Shown in pieces: positions 35,300-44,143 of a DNA stretch of 64,000 nt. The stretch lies in assembly GCA_020341815.1 (NCBI GenBank), contig CP070837.1:892064-956063 (forward strand), written 5' to 3'. The stretch's first letter is position 1, and each line of letters begins with the position of its first letter. The notes under the pieces were generated by a model. It had not been told where the DNA came from. It saw only the letters and a program-made list of their open reading frames with translations, and did no database searches. Both the position numbers and the translations under genes were made by a program. Source of the DNA: Candidatus Omnitrophota bacterium (GTDB lineage Bacteria; Omnitrophota; Gorgyraeia; JAFGHF01).

Positions 35300-36695
35300 T
35301 CATCTCTGCCTGTTCTTCTAATTCCTGTAATTCCGGAACTCCTGAATCATCCAGGAGTCTTACCGTAACGAAAATAATTAAATCGGTTGTATCTACATCT
35401 TTCTCCGTCTTGCTAAATACATATTTTAATAAAGGCAAATCACCCAAAATAGGGACCTTCTTTACATAGTTCACAGTTTCTTCCTTGATTAATCCGCCGA
35501 TAACTATGGTCTGGCCATCCTTAACCATAACCTGCGTGCTTGACTGGCGGGAAGCAAACCTGGGCGCCTGGATTGTTCCTGTGCCGGTAGTAAAATAATC
35601 CCAGCCGCTGAAAGAGCTCACCTCGGGACTCAGGTCTATAACGATGTAGCCCTCCGGATTGACATGGGGCGTTACCGTTAATTTAACCCCAATGTCCTTT
35701 TCGCTATACCCGGATACCACCAGGCGTCCCGTATCGGAATCCACTTCGTATTTGGGTATATTAAAGGTCTCGGTAACACCGATCACCGCCTCCTGGTTAT
35801 TCAAAGTGGTAATTCGCGGATTGGAAAGGGTCTTTGTATCACTGCGGGATTTCAGAATCTCAAGCGCAAATTGCAATTGTGTAAAATCCAAGGTACCGAA
35901 TGTAAAATCATCTTTTACCGCAAAGGGAAAACCCTGCTGCAGGCTATCCGTAAAATCGGATTGAGTGGTATCTACCCTGGGGAAATATTCTATGCCGGTT
36001 TTGCCGTAAGTTTTTTGGGTGGAAAAAGGCACAACCATCGGTCGTTGTGAGCCCGACCCGGCACTCTCCAGGGTCCAGTCAATCCCCAGGTCTTCGTTCT
36101 CGTCAAGAACCGTTTCGATAATCTTGGCCTCAATCACTACCTGATTAGTCTTTTTATCCAATTTCTCAATCACCTTACTGATTTTGTATAAATTGGTAGG
36201 GATGTCGGTAACCACCACCTGATTTGTGCGGTCGTCGAACTTCACTTTACCCCTATCGGAAATTATCTCGCCAATGGCCTCGGAAACTTCTTCGGCCTTA
36301 GCGTAATTTAAGATGAATACCTGAGTGGAAACCTCTTCTTTGCTTAAGTTTTCCACCGTGGTAACCCTGATAATATCTTCCTCTCTTTCATAAACAAAAC
36401 CGTTATTTTTCAGGATAACATCCAGCGCGCGTTCCCAGGGTACATCCACCAACCTTATGGTTACTGCCCCTGAGACATCCCTGCCGGCAACTATATTAAC
36501 TCCGCTTTTATAAGAAATAATCTTTAAAACACTGTGTATATCGGCCTCCTTGAAATCCACAGTGATATTACCTGCATCCGTCACCTCTTCTTCACCAGCG
36601 ATTTCCTGAGTAAGCGCAACATCATGAAAAGAAAAAATAAAAATTCCCAATAAAAGCATAAGCGGTAATTTCATCCATCCGGTCTTTCTCTGCAT
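35277..36695 (-). CDS. pilQ: Type IV pilus secretin
   Basis: VDFKEADI, QVVIEAKIIE, KVPILGDLP. Confidence 0.85.
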   Translation of the reverse strand: MQRKTGWMKLPLMLLLGIFIFSFHDVALTQEIAGEEEVTDAGNITVDFKEADIHSVLKIISYKSGVNIVAGRDVSGAVTIRLVDVPWERALDVILKNNGFVYEREEDIIRVTTVENLSKEEVSTQVFILNYAKAEEVSEAIGEIISDRGKVKFDDRTNQVVVTDIPTNLYKISKVIEKLDKKTNQVVIEAKIIETVLDENEDLGIDWTLESAGSGSQRPMVVPFSTQKTYGKTGIEYFPRVDTTQSDFTDSLQQGFPFAVKDDFTFGTLDFTQLQFALEILKSRSDTKTLSNPRITTLNNQEAVIGVTETFNIPKYEVDSDTGRLVVSGYSEKDIGVKLTVTPHVNPEGYIVIDLSPEVSSFSGWDYFTTGTGTIQAPRFASRQSSTQVMVKDGQTIVIGGLIKEETVNYVKKVPILGDLPLLKYVFSKTEKDVDTTDLIIFVTVRLLDDSGVPELQELEEQAEMNVSRNTD

Positions 36696-36696
36696 A

Positions 36697-37068
36697 TTAT
36701 TGCTCCTTTTTTTCTTCTTCTATAGATAGTCTCATGATATATTCTTTTCCATTCTTATAGATAACAACCTTATCTTTGCTTATATCCTGCACCATAAATC
36801 CGGAGATTGATTCTCCAACCCTTAATACCTCATCGTTAATCAACGCAGAGCTTTTCCCTTCGGGATCCCATAAAATACCAAATAGCTTAAGCTCATCGAA
36901 AGAATAAAGCGTGCCTATATCCAGTAAATAATGCCCATCTTTATCCACAAGAGGGACAAAAGGGTCCCTTTTTCCTTTATCATCATAGATAAAGGGCTCC
37001 TCCGCCGCCAGAGGTGCCAAGCTGAACATAAAGATTAAAAGTACCGACAATCGGACAAAATTATTCAT
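36697..37068 (-). CDS. PilP-like protein
   Basis: KRDPFVPL, L.GILWD..ALIND; between pilO and pilQ. Confidence 0.65.
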   Translation of the reverse strand: MNNFVRLSVLLIFMFSLAPLAAEEPFIYDDKGKRDPFVPLVDKDGHYLLDIGTLYSFDELKLFGILWDPEGKSSALINDEVLRVGESISGFMVQDISKDKVVIYKNGKEYIMRLSIEEEKKEQ

Positions 37069-37652
37069 TTAGTCATCACATAGGTTACCACGATAAGTTC
37101 CACATTATGAATGCCTACTTTTTCGGGATCGGCTTCTATTTTAATATTATCTATTCTCATAAATCTATCGGCATTTTCCAGCTTGTTTAAAAAACGGCCC
37201 AATTGATGGTATCCGCATTCGGCCTTTAGCAAAATAGGCGCTTTATAATATATGGAAGGGGTAGCAGCCTTATCTTTCTCTTCTATGACAGGCCTGATTT
37301 CGGTTATTCTCACCTTTAATTCTTTGGCCGCATCGGAAAGATATTCCAATATAGCGGGTATCTCTTTTTCCCCGGGTAGACTTTTTTCGTAAGCAGCCAA
37401 TTTTTCATCCGAACGTGCAATCTGCTCATTAAAGGAATCGATATTTGCCCATTCTTTCTCTATATTAGTAATCTGCGATTTTAATTGTGAGGCCTCCGGC
37501 AAGAGACGAAATGTATTTCTTATTGCGGGAAATACCAATAGAATTAGATAAAAGAGCATAAGTAAAAAAGGAACCAGGGGCATAAAACTGCTGAATTTCT
37601 TAAATTGGGGGACTTTTTGAAAAAGCTCTTTAATTTTTTGCAAATCTTGCAT
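37065..37652 (-). CDS. pilO: Type IV pilus assembly protein PilO
   Basis: LPGEKEIP, YHQLGRFLNKLE. Confidence 0.85.
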   Translation of the reverse strand: MQDLQKIKELFQKVPQFKKFSSFMPLVPFLLMLFYLILLVFPAIRNTFRLLPEASQLKSQITNIEKEWANIDSFNEQIARSDEKLAAYEKSLPGEKEIPAILEYLSDAAKELKVRITEIRPVIEEKDKAATPSIYYKAPILLKAECGYHQLGRFLNKLENADRFMRIDNIKIEADPEKVGIHNVELIVVTYVMTK

Positions 37653-37666
37653 AAATAGGCCTTCTG

Positions 37667-38311
37667 TTATTTTTTAAACCGGCCGGTCAGGATAAAATCC
37701 ATCACCTCTATCTGCTCTATTCGTCTCTCTTTAATGGGCCCTAACTCGATACCCGTAAAATCGGAAGAAAACGAAGCATCGCTTTTCAGGTTTTGCATAA
37801 ACCTGCCGATGAGGGCAGGTTCATCCTTGCCCCGCGAGGCACAGCTTCCTTCAATTATCAGATATTTTAAAACTTTGGGTTTGGCGGCCGGGGGTTTTAC
37901 CTTTGTTCTGGCAATTGCCCGGGGTTGCGCCTCTTCTTTTATTTCCAAAGAAAGCTCATTTAACCATACCCCCGGAACTGCCAGTTCGCTGATTTGATTT
38001 AATTTTTTTGACCAGAGTATCCTCTCTCTCATCAATTGCTCAATCAAAGGAATCTTCGCGTTAATCTCCTTCAGCTGGGCCTTTATTTGGTTAAGTTTTT
38101 CTCTTTTTAAAGCAATGCTTTGCCAGCTCTTCTTAAGGCTCTTCAGGCGGATTTTAGTTATGGCATTTAGGGAAATAAAAAGCAGATGAAATAACACCAG
38201 CCCTCCAAAGACCACTAGCGGTATTTTTTTATTAAAACTGAATTCGAAAGAAGGCGCCTTCTTTTTTTTCTTTTTTTGTAATTCTACAGGTAAAAGATTA
38301 ATCTCTATCAT
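37667..38311 (-). CDS. pilN: Type IV pilus assembly protein PilN
   Basis: MIEINLLP, TM, coiled coil, PGVWL. Confidence 0.85.
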   Translation of the reverse strand: MIEINLLPVELQKKKKKKAPSFEFSFNKKIPLVVFGGLVLFHLLFISLNAITKIRLKSLKKSWQSIALKREKLNQIKAQLKEINAKIPLIEQLMRERILWSKKLNQISELAVPGVWLNELSLEIKEEAQPRAIARTKVKPPAAKPKVLKYLIIEGSCASRGKDEPALIGRFMQNLKSDASFSSDFTGIELGPIKERRIEQIEVMDFILTGRFKK

Positions 38312-38319
38312 CTTAAAAT

Positions 38320-38634
38320 TTATTTGCCTTTGCTTTTAAGTAAGGCCAGCAGCTTCTTTCCGAAAGTAATTGCTACAATAATCAGGATTATGGCAATCGT
38401 TACCTCTCTGGCAACACTGGTTGAGGGTCCTTTGGCTGCTTCAGGCAGAGAAAGCGCAGGTATTTCTTCTTTCCCTGTGAGCGGACGGCCTTCTTCGAAT
38501 GTCAGCTTCTCTCTGAGTGCTTCTCTTTCTTTTTCCTCCTGCCTAATTTTTATCTTTTCTCTTTCTTGCTCGGCCCACTTCTTAACTTCCTCCGGACTGG
38601 CATCGTCCCTATAGAGAACGAAAAGATCGTTCAT
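38320..38634 (-). CDS. Hypothetical protein with a C-terminal TM
   Basis: Tightly packed in the operon. Confidence 0.55.
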   Translation of the reverse strand: MNDLFVLYRDDASPEEVKKWAEQEREKIKIRQEEKEREALREKLTFEEGRPLTGKEEIPALSLPEAAKGPSTSVAREVTIAIILIIVAITFGKKLLALLKSKGK

Positions 38635-38635
38635 C

Positions 38636-40351
38636 TCAATCCTCCCTCCAGCTTATTGTTTCAGGCGGAGACAATTCTATCAAGACCGGTAAATATAAAC
38701 GATCGCGTTCGGTCTTTGCCCGAAGATCATGATTCATTATAATCTTACTGGTATAGATAATGGCTTCGTCCCGGCAGACAATATTGCCATTTACGGTGAA
38801 CTTCCCAACCCTTCCGGTAAAAGCGTGATTGTTATAGCTGACCGCATCCAGCGTAGTAATCTTGTTAGATGCCTCGGATATACTATCGATAAGCTCATCC
38901 GACAAAGATGATTCGTAATATTTTCTGGGCTCTTCCCCTCCCGTGCCGTCATCTTTCGCTCCTCCGTCAGCGTTTGTATAGATTCCGTCAAAATAGGGGT
39001 TGCCTTCTGCGTCATAGCCGGTGACATAACCGATATCCGCATCTTCAGCTTCAACGGTATAAGCACTGGTAAAAGGCGGCTGGAGATAATTTCCCACCGT
39101 CGACTGCCAGTCGGAAGTAGTGTAGTTGCCAAGAACCAGATTGCCTCGGCTGGCCAGACCAATAAAGTCTTTTTCGGCATTGGTCTCATCGGTCGTATCG
39201 GGGTTAACATCGGGCTTGGGCCAGGCCGGCGGATCTGCATAGGTAATATTGCCTACCACGTGGGTATTTCTGCCGCTATAGATTGTCCCCTGACCCGTTA
39301 CCACTCCTCTGATTACCACATCTCTTTCTATAACCACAGGCCCGCTAATCTCTATGGGCTCATCCTCTGTGCCGATTAAAACAACGCATCCGTCATCGGG
39401 AGTCCCCTCGATGCCATCAGGCCCTGCCTCACTGGCGTCATCGCCATAGACGGCATTTACTATCGTATCCCCTCCCTGAGAAAGGGTTCCGCCTTCGGCC
39501 ACAGCCAGGTCTCTATAGCTCTGCAGGTCACTCAGATAAGGCATTACTATTAAAGGCTGGCCGGGAAAACGCTCGCTGTCTCCGTCATAGCCATCGGGAT
39601 AACTGTAATCACCCGGCCCATCGGCAGTAGGATTGGTAGGCCGGGCCTGAAGATCGGCGCCAGCCCGATAAGCAGCTATGCTATCATTTTTGGTAACACC
39701 TGAAATATCTCCGTCGACTCCCAGTTCAGGATTTGCCGAAGCGTAAATATCGCCGTTTACCGTAGGGCTGCCATTGAAAGAAAAATCACCGTTAGAGCGG
39801 ATATTACCGTTTGCTATAATTCCCGTTCCCCAGAACCAACCCAGGTTATTAACGAAATAAGGATAGTCAAAGACCTCTGCGGGCCGCGAACCATAGCGAA
39901 GCACGGTTCTGACAGTGCGAGAGACGTTGGTGGCGCCAATAGTTCCTGTTGATTCCAAGACAACATCTGCGCCCCCTGCAGCATCTACGGTTGCAGAAAC
40001 AATGGTTACCGTATATGTCCCATCACCTAAAGAAGCGTCTGTCGGAGGACCGTCGTAATGTGGCTCAGGGGGGTTATCACCGCGAGGCTCGTTAAGTAGG
40101 TTAAACCAGTTAAAATCATCGGGTTGGGGATTAGGAAAGTTACCTGCAAACGTAACATATATTCCTCTGGCTGCATCATCTATTCCTGCCTCGGCCAGGT
40201 AAAGGGCCTTAATGGTATCTCTTTCTCTTTCGGCAATCCTCTTCTCCCCCACGCTTCGGATCAAAAAGGCGCTCCCTAAAATCGAAAGGACCACAACTAC
40301 AAGGTAGCAGGCGATAAGCATTATACCTTTTTTATCTTTTAAGGGCATCAT
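38636..40351 (-). CDS. PilX-like minor pilin/adhesin
   Basis: KKG|IMLI leader lacking E5, ALYLAEAGI, long acidic beta-rich C-terminus. Confidence 0.75.
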   Translation of the reverse strand: MMPLKDKKGIMLIACYLVVVVLSILGSAFLIRSVGEKRIAERERDTIKALYLAEAGIDDAARGIYVTFAGNFPNPQPDDFNWFNLLNEPRGDNPPEPHYDGPPTDASLGDGTYTVTIVSATVDAAGGADVVLESTGTIGATNVSRTVRTVLRYGSRPAEVFDYPYFVNNLGWFWGTGIIANGNIRSNGDFSFNGSPTVNGDIYASANPELGVDGDISGVTKNDSIAAYRAGADLQARPTNPTADGPGDYSYPDGYDGDSERFPGQPLIVMPYLSDLQSYRDLAVAEGGTLSQGGDTIVNAVYGDDASEAGPDGIEGTPDDGCVVLIGTEDEPIEISGPVVIERDVVIRGVVTGQGTIYSGRNTHVVGNITYADPPAWPKPDVNPDTTDETNAEKDFIGLASRGNLVLGNYTTSDWQSTVGNYLQPPFTSAYTVEAEDADIGYVTGYDAEGNPYFDGIYTNADGGAKDDGTGGEEPRKYYESSLSDELIDSISEASNKITTLDAVSYNNHAFTGRVGKFTVNGNIVCRDEAIIYTSKIIMNHDLRAKTERDRLYLPVLIELSPPETISWRED

Positions 40352-40360
40352 CCTCTCCTC

Positions 40361-40957
40361 CTAATTCCTCAAAGTAACCTGGAAATTCAGACTTGATTGT
40401 ATGGTCCGGCCCTGAAGAATATCCTTTTGGGCAGTAATATCTATTCTTATTTCCGAGGCAGAGACAGCGGTAAAGGAAAGCGCGCTGACATTATTAGTCA
40501 AAGCCCGTTCAAGATTTACCTGTTCGACATCGGCTCCATCAAAAACTTCCCTCAAGACCTCTCCATTACTCAACGAGTATTTAATATACCAGCCTGCGTT
40601 ACCTTCGGCCCCCCAGTCAGGATTGTCATTGATAGCAACCTGCAAGGTAAGGCTACCGTCTGGAGCAATGTTCACTTGGCTAGAGCCGGATCGGCGCAAC
40701 TCCCTGCTCATCCAATCCATCGCCCTTCTTACCTCCTGCTGCAGTTCAACTTCGGCCGTGTTCGTAAACCAGGACTGTCTGCCTGCGGTTAAAACTCCAT
40801 ATATTGCCCCCAAGACAACCGCGAAAGTGAATATGACAACCATCACTTCTACTAAGGTTAACCCCGCCCTTCTTTTCATTACCTTCACCCTTAACTCTTG
40901 TGTAAGGCCTGGTTTTAAGAAGGGCGGGGTAAATCCTTTTGAAAAATAGCTTCTCAC
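40361..40957 (-). CDS. PilW-like minor pilin
   Basis: RRAG|LTLVEVM; QEVRRAMDWMSRELR. Confidence 0.8.
   Translation of the reverse strand: MRSYFSKGFTPPFLKPGLTQELRVKVMKRRAGLTLVEVMVVIFTFAVVLGAIYGVLTAGRQSWFTNTAEVELQQEVRRAMDWMSRELRRSGSSQVNIAPDGSLTLQVAINDNPDWGAEGNAGWYIKYSLSNGEVLREVFDGADVEQVNLERALTNNVSALSFTAVSASEIRIDITAQKDILQGRTIQSSLNFQVTLRN
40862..40929. mobile_element. 68-bp miniature inverted-repeat element, copy 1 (in frame in a pilin leader)
   Basis: CCCCGCCCTTC...GAAGGGCGGGG; - strand flanks TTTA/TTAA. Confidence 0.75.
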
Positions 40958-41562
40958 CGCTCTGTCACCAATGTGGTTATCTGGGCCGGAGAGCTCAAAA
41001 CTCCATCATTGTTATCGTCCTCGCCGGCATCTAATATGCCGTCTAAATCGGTATCTTCGCCGATTTGACGGCCGCCTTTCTGAAACCAGGTAACTACAAT
41101 CCTCACCTGATAAATATCGGCATCGGGGGGCGCACCGAAGGGCGAAATGAACATTGCCCCGGCGCCATTAAGCGGAGAATCCAAAACTCCATTACCGTTA
41201 TCATCCTCACCGGCATCCAATACACCGTCTAAATCATCGTCTTCTCCGGCGGGATCAAAGAGATTAGGGGAGCCATTGACGAAAAAGTCATTAGCAATCA
41301 TATCAAAATCATCATAATTGCGAATTACCTCCAGCTGCTCCTGGGCTCCATACATGGCAATGGTGAGATTTCTTGAGGTCTCATTCAAGTTAGCGCAACC
41401 GATAAATACCCCTAAAAGACCCAGGAGCACCGCGACCAAGAGCGCCACCGCAACCATAAGTTCAACCAGGGTAAACCCCGCCCTTCTTTTCACTGCCTTC
41501 GCCCTTATCTCTCGCACAAGGCCTGATTTTAGGAAGGGCGGGGTAAATGCGCCTTTTTTCAC
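40954..41562 (-). CDS. PilV-like minor pilin with Asp-rich repeats
   Basis: RRAG|FTLVELM; two GED.DLDG.LDAGEDDN..GVL.SP units. Confidence 0.8.
   Translation of the reverse strand: MKKGAFTPPFLKSGLVREIRAKAVKRRAGFTLVELMVAVALLVAVLLGLLGVFIGCANLNETSRNLTIAMYGAQEQLEVIRNYDDFDMIANDFFVNGSPNLFDPAGEDDDLDGVLDAGEDDNGNGVLDSPLNGAGAMFISPFGAPPDADIYQVRIVVTWFQKGGRQIGEDTDLDGILDAGEDDNNDGVLSSPAQITTLVTER
41476..41543. mobile_element. 68-bp miniature inverted-repeat element, copy 2 (in frame in a pilin leader)
   Basis: Same termini; perfect TTTA duplication on the - strand. Confidence 0.8.
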
Positions 41563-42569
41563 TTATTGCTTACCCCTCTTAAAGCCAGACCGCAACCTAC
41601 CGCCAGCGTCGGAGAAACCTCATTCAACTTGGCGCTGTCGATGCCTGTAGAGTTGCCAAGCAATTTCTCCAGAGGATTCCATGTCTTAATCTCTCTGCCT
41701 AACTCGGCTTTAAAGAACTCAAGCAACCCAGGGATTTGAGCCCCTTCGCCGCTAATATAAACTACGCCTACCTGTCTTTCGAATTCACTTTCATAATAAT
41801 CAATAGAAACCCTTATCTCGCGAATTAGATTTGTCAAAAGCGGCTTTATCGTCTCAAAAAGCCCTTTTTCTTTGTTTTCCTCCTGCTGCTGCTGTTGTTG
41901 TAACAGTAGGAAATCTTCCAAGACAGAGAGGTCGCGGCTAAAAAATGGCATCTCTCCCTGAAGGATGCCTATATTCACCAAATCGAATTCCAGATTAATC
42001 AGGGCCGCCACATCCTCTTCTTTTAGCTGTGGGCCATTTACCTGAAAACAGTTTATTAAAGAAAAGATATTTACGTCGATAATATTGGGCTCAAGCCCGG
42101 CCTCGTGAATAAGCTCGACGAACTCCATTATTGCCTGCTTTTTAGCGGCCACCAGGAAAACTTTCATCCTATTGGAAGAACTCGCCACCCGAGGCGTAAG
42201 GATATGGTAATCCAGAACCACCTCTTCCATCTTAAAAGGGATATATTGTTGTGCTTCGTATGCCAGGGCCTGCCCGAGTTCCTCTCGACTCATCTTGGGT
42301 AAATTGATATACCTGACGATAACCGATTCACCCGAAACACCGATATTTACGGGATGAGCGGAAATCCCTTTTTCCTGGGCAATCTTTTTCAATGCCTCAA
42401 GCTTTTCTTCTCTGTTCTGTGGGGATTTAAGCGCAACACTGGCAAAATCAACAAGCTTAGGCCCGCCGGCAGAAGCGGTTAATTTCACCATATTGATTCG
42501 CCGCTTGCCTATATCTAACCCTATAGAAATAGCGGCCTTTCTCTTGAATATCAGATCTATCGCTTTCAA
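41559..42569 (-). CDS. pilM: Type IV pilus assembly protein PilM
   Basis: IGLDIG, YEAQQYIPF, LVAAKK, AVGCGLALRG. Confidence 0.9.
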   Translation of the reverse strand: MKAIDLIFKRKAAISIGLDIGKRRINMVKLTASAGGPKLVDFASVALKSPQNREEKLEALKKIAQEKGISAHPVNIGVSGESVIVRYINLPKMSREELGQALAYEAQQYIPFKMEEVVLDYHILTPRVASSSNRMKVFLVAAKKQAIMEFVELIHEAGLEPNIIDVNIFSLINCFQVNGPQLKEEDVAALINLEFDLVNIGILQGEMPFFSRDLSVLEDFLLLQQQQQQEENKEKGLFETIKPLLTNLIREIRVSIDYYESEFERQVGVVYISGEGAQIPGLLEFFKAELGREIKTWNPLEKLLGNSTGIDSAKLNEVSPTLAVGCGLALRGVSNK

Positions 42570-42594
42570 ATTTACTTATCCTTACTTATTTTAG

Positions 42595-42623
42595 AATATA
42601 GCATAAAATAATTACTCTGTCAA
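42595..42623 (-). promoter_or_regulatory. pilM sigma70 promoter
   Basis: TTGACA-N17-TATATT. Confidence 0.7.
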
Positions 42624-42674
42624 CACCTTTTGCTATCTTTCCTTTGCGGGCTTCTGAAGATGAATAAGGATTTT

Positions 42675-43157
42675 TCAATATGGTGCGGGCGGGCTGCTTG
42701 CGTCAGGTTCCTCTGCGTTGGTAGCGGTATAAGTGAGCTGGCCCGTTTCCATTATAAAGAAATTCTTGGCCCCCGTGCGGCCAAAAGAGCTTGGCCAGGC
42801 AACTATGGTAAAAGACTCATTGTCTGCTCCCAGCGTGTAAACATAATAATACCCCTGCATCGCCGTATTGGCTGTGATGGCATTGGCTAAGGGAATGGAA
42901 ATAAAAGGCGGGTCGGAGATGGGCAAGGTCAAATCGGTTAAGGCATTCGGATAGGTATGCGGAATGTTGGCACCATAATATCCCAGGCAGGCCTTATAAA
43001 GCGTGCGCATATTGCCGACTGCGGCCACTTCATTGGCATTTACTCTTGAACGAGCCATCTGAGGAATGGTGATAGTAGCTAAAAGCGCAATCAAGGCAGC
43101 TATTATCATTATCTCGACTAAAGTAAAGCCCCTATGTCTAGTTATAAATATTTTCAT
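42675..43157 (-). CDS. Type IV pilin
   Basis: HRG|FTLVEIM. Confidence 0.88.
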   Translation of the reverse strand: MKIFITRHRGFTLVEIMIIAALIALLATITIPQMARSRVNANEVAAVGNMRTLYKACLGYYGANIPHTYPNALTDLTLPISDPPFISIPLANAITANTAMQGYYYVYTLGADNESFTIVAWPSSFGRTGAKNFFIMETGQLTYTATNAEEPDASSPPAPY

Positions 43158-43297
43158 TAAGCTACTCCCCCTATCCTTTTCCCCTTATTTTATTATCTTA
43201 TTATAATATAATACACGAAATTTTTCAAACGTCAAGAAAAATCTGCTCGCGGAAGAAGCTAACCTATTATGCCGACGAGGAATGTCCTGTAGAAATA

Positions 43298-43331
43298 AAA
43301 AAGCCCTGTACCGTACGGTACAGGGCTTTTT
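43298..43331. terminator. Bidirectional intrinsic terminator
   Basis: Perfect palindrome AAAAAGCCCTGTACCGTACGGTACAGGGCTTTTT. Confidence 0.85.
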
Positions 43332-43360
43332 CAACAATCTCTGATTGTCTCGTATCCGCC

Positions 43361-43921
43361 TTATTCGGCTACCACCCAACCTGCGGCTATCAGCGCTGCA
43401 GCGCCATAGGCACCTGCAGGCACATCAAGTGTATCCAGACCATAGACTACGCCTTGTTCGTCAATATAAAAACAGCGTACGCCTGAGGTCTGGTATGCAA
43501 GCGGAGTAGCATCTATCCAGAACCGCTCAATTATAGCGTCACCGTCTGAGTCCTGAGGGTTGTAGGTAAAATCATAACCCGACCTTCTCGGTGGGTTATT
43601 AGGACCTGCAATCTCACTCCACTGCAACTCAAGATACGGCGGCTCAGGGGGAGCAATCGAATTTGAAGTCAAGGCATCAAACCCGGCTCCGGCTGCTCCT
43701 GCTGCACCCGGATAGGTAGGTACGCCCTGAGTGATATTAGCTCCGGCAAATGAATTGAGACCAGCACAAAGGGTCTTCAAAGTATTTACCGTAGCGTTCT
43801 CATTGGCGTTAAGCCTGGCTCTGAGCAAGTTCGGGATAGCAATCGCGGCTAATAAAGCTATGATAGCAACGACAATCATGATTTCTACTAACGTAAAGCC
43901 TTTGCGATTTAGCTTAGACAT
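43361..43921 (-). CDS. pilA: Probable major type IV pilin
   Basis: RKG|FTLVEIMIVVAIIALLAAIAIP; own promoter, strong SD and terminator. Confidence 0.82.
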   Translation of the reverse strand: MSKLNRKGFTLVEIMIVVAIIALLAAIAIPNLLRARLNANENATVNTLKTLCAGLNSFAGANITQGVPTYPGAAGAAGAGFDALTSNSIAPPEPPYLELQWSEIAGPNNPPRRSGYDFTYNPQDSDGDAIIERFWIDATPLAYQTSGVRCFYIDEQGVVYGLDTLDVPAGAYGAAALIAAGWVVAE

Positions 43922-44071
43922 CCTCGTTTACCTCCTTCCTTCCCAAATGGGTTACACTGGATGCCGCCTTCTCGAGAATTTGACGCCAAAAGCCTATTTA
44001 TTATAACCCGCATCTCGTTCACGCCCTACGGCAACTCAGCGTAGAAGGACACACCCGTCCTTCTACCATAG

Positions 44072-44100
44072 AGTGTATCACCCAATATTTCCTCTGTCAA
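44072..44100 (-). promoter_or_regulatory. Pilin sigma70 promoter
   Basis: TTGACA-N17-TACACT. Confidence 0.7.
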
Positions 44101-44143
44101 GGACTTTTTAAGGTCGTGATCTATTATATAATTATATAATATA

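Noticed and set aside
41881-41900. Poly-Gln run in PilM as a phase-variable repeat
   Set aside because: Short, mixed CAA/CAG codons and in frame
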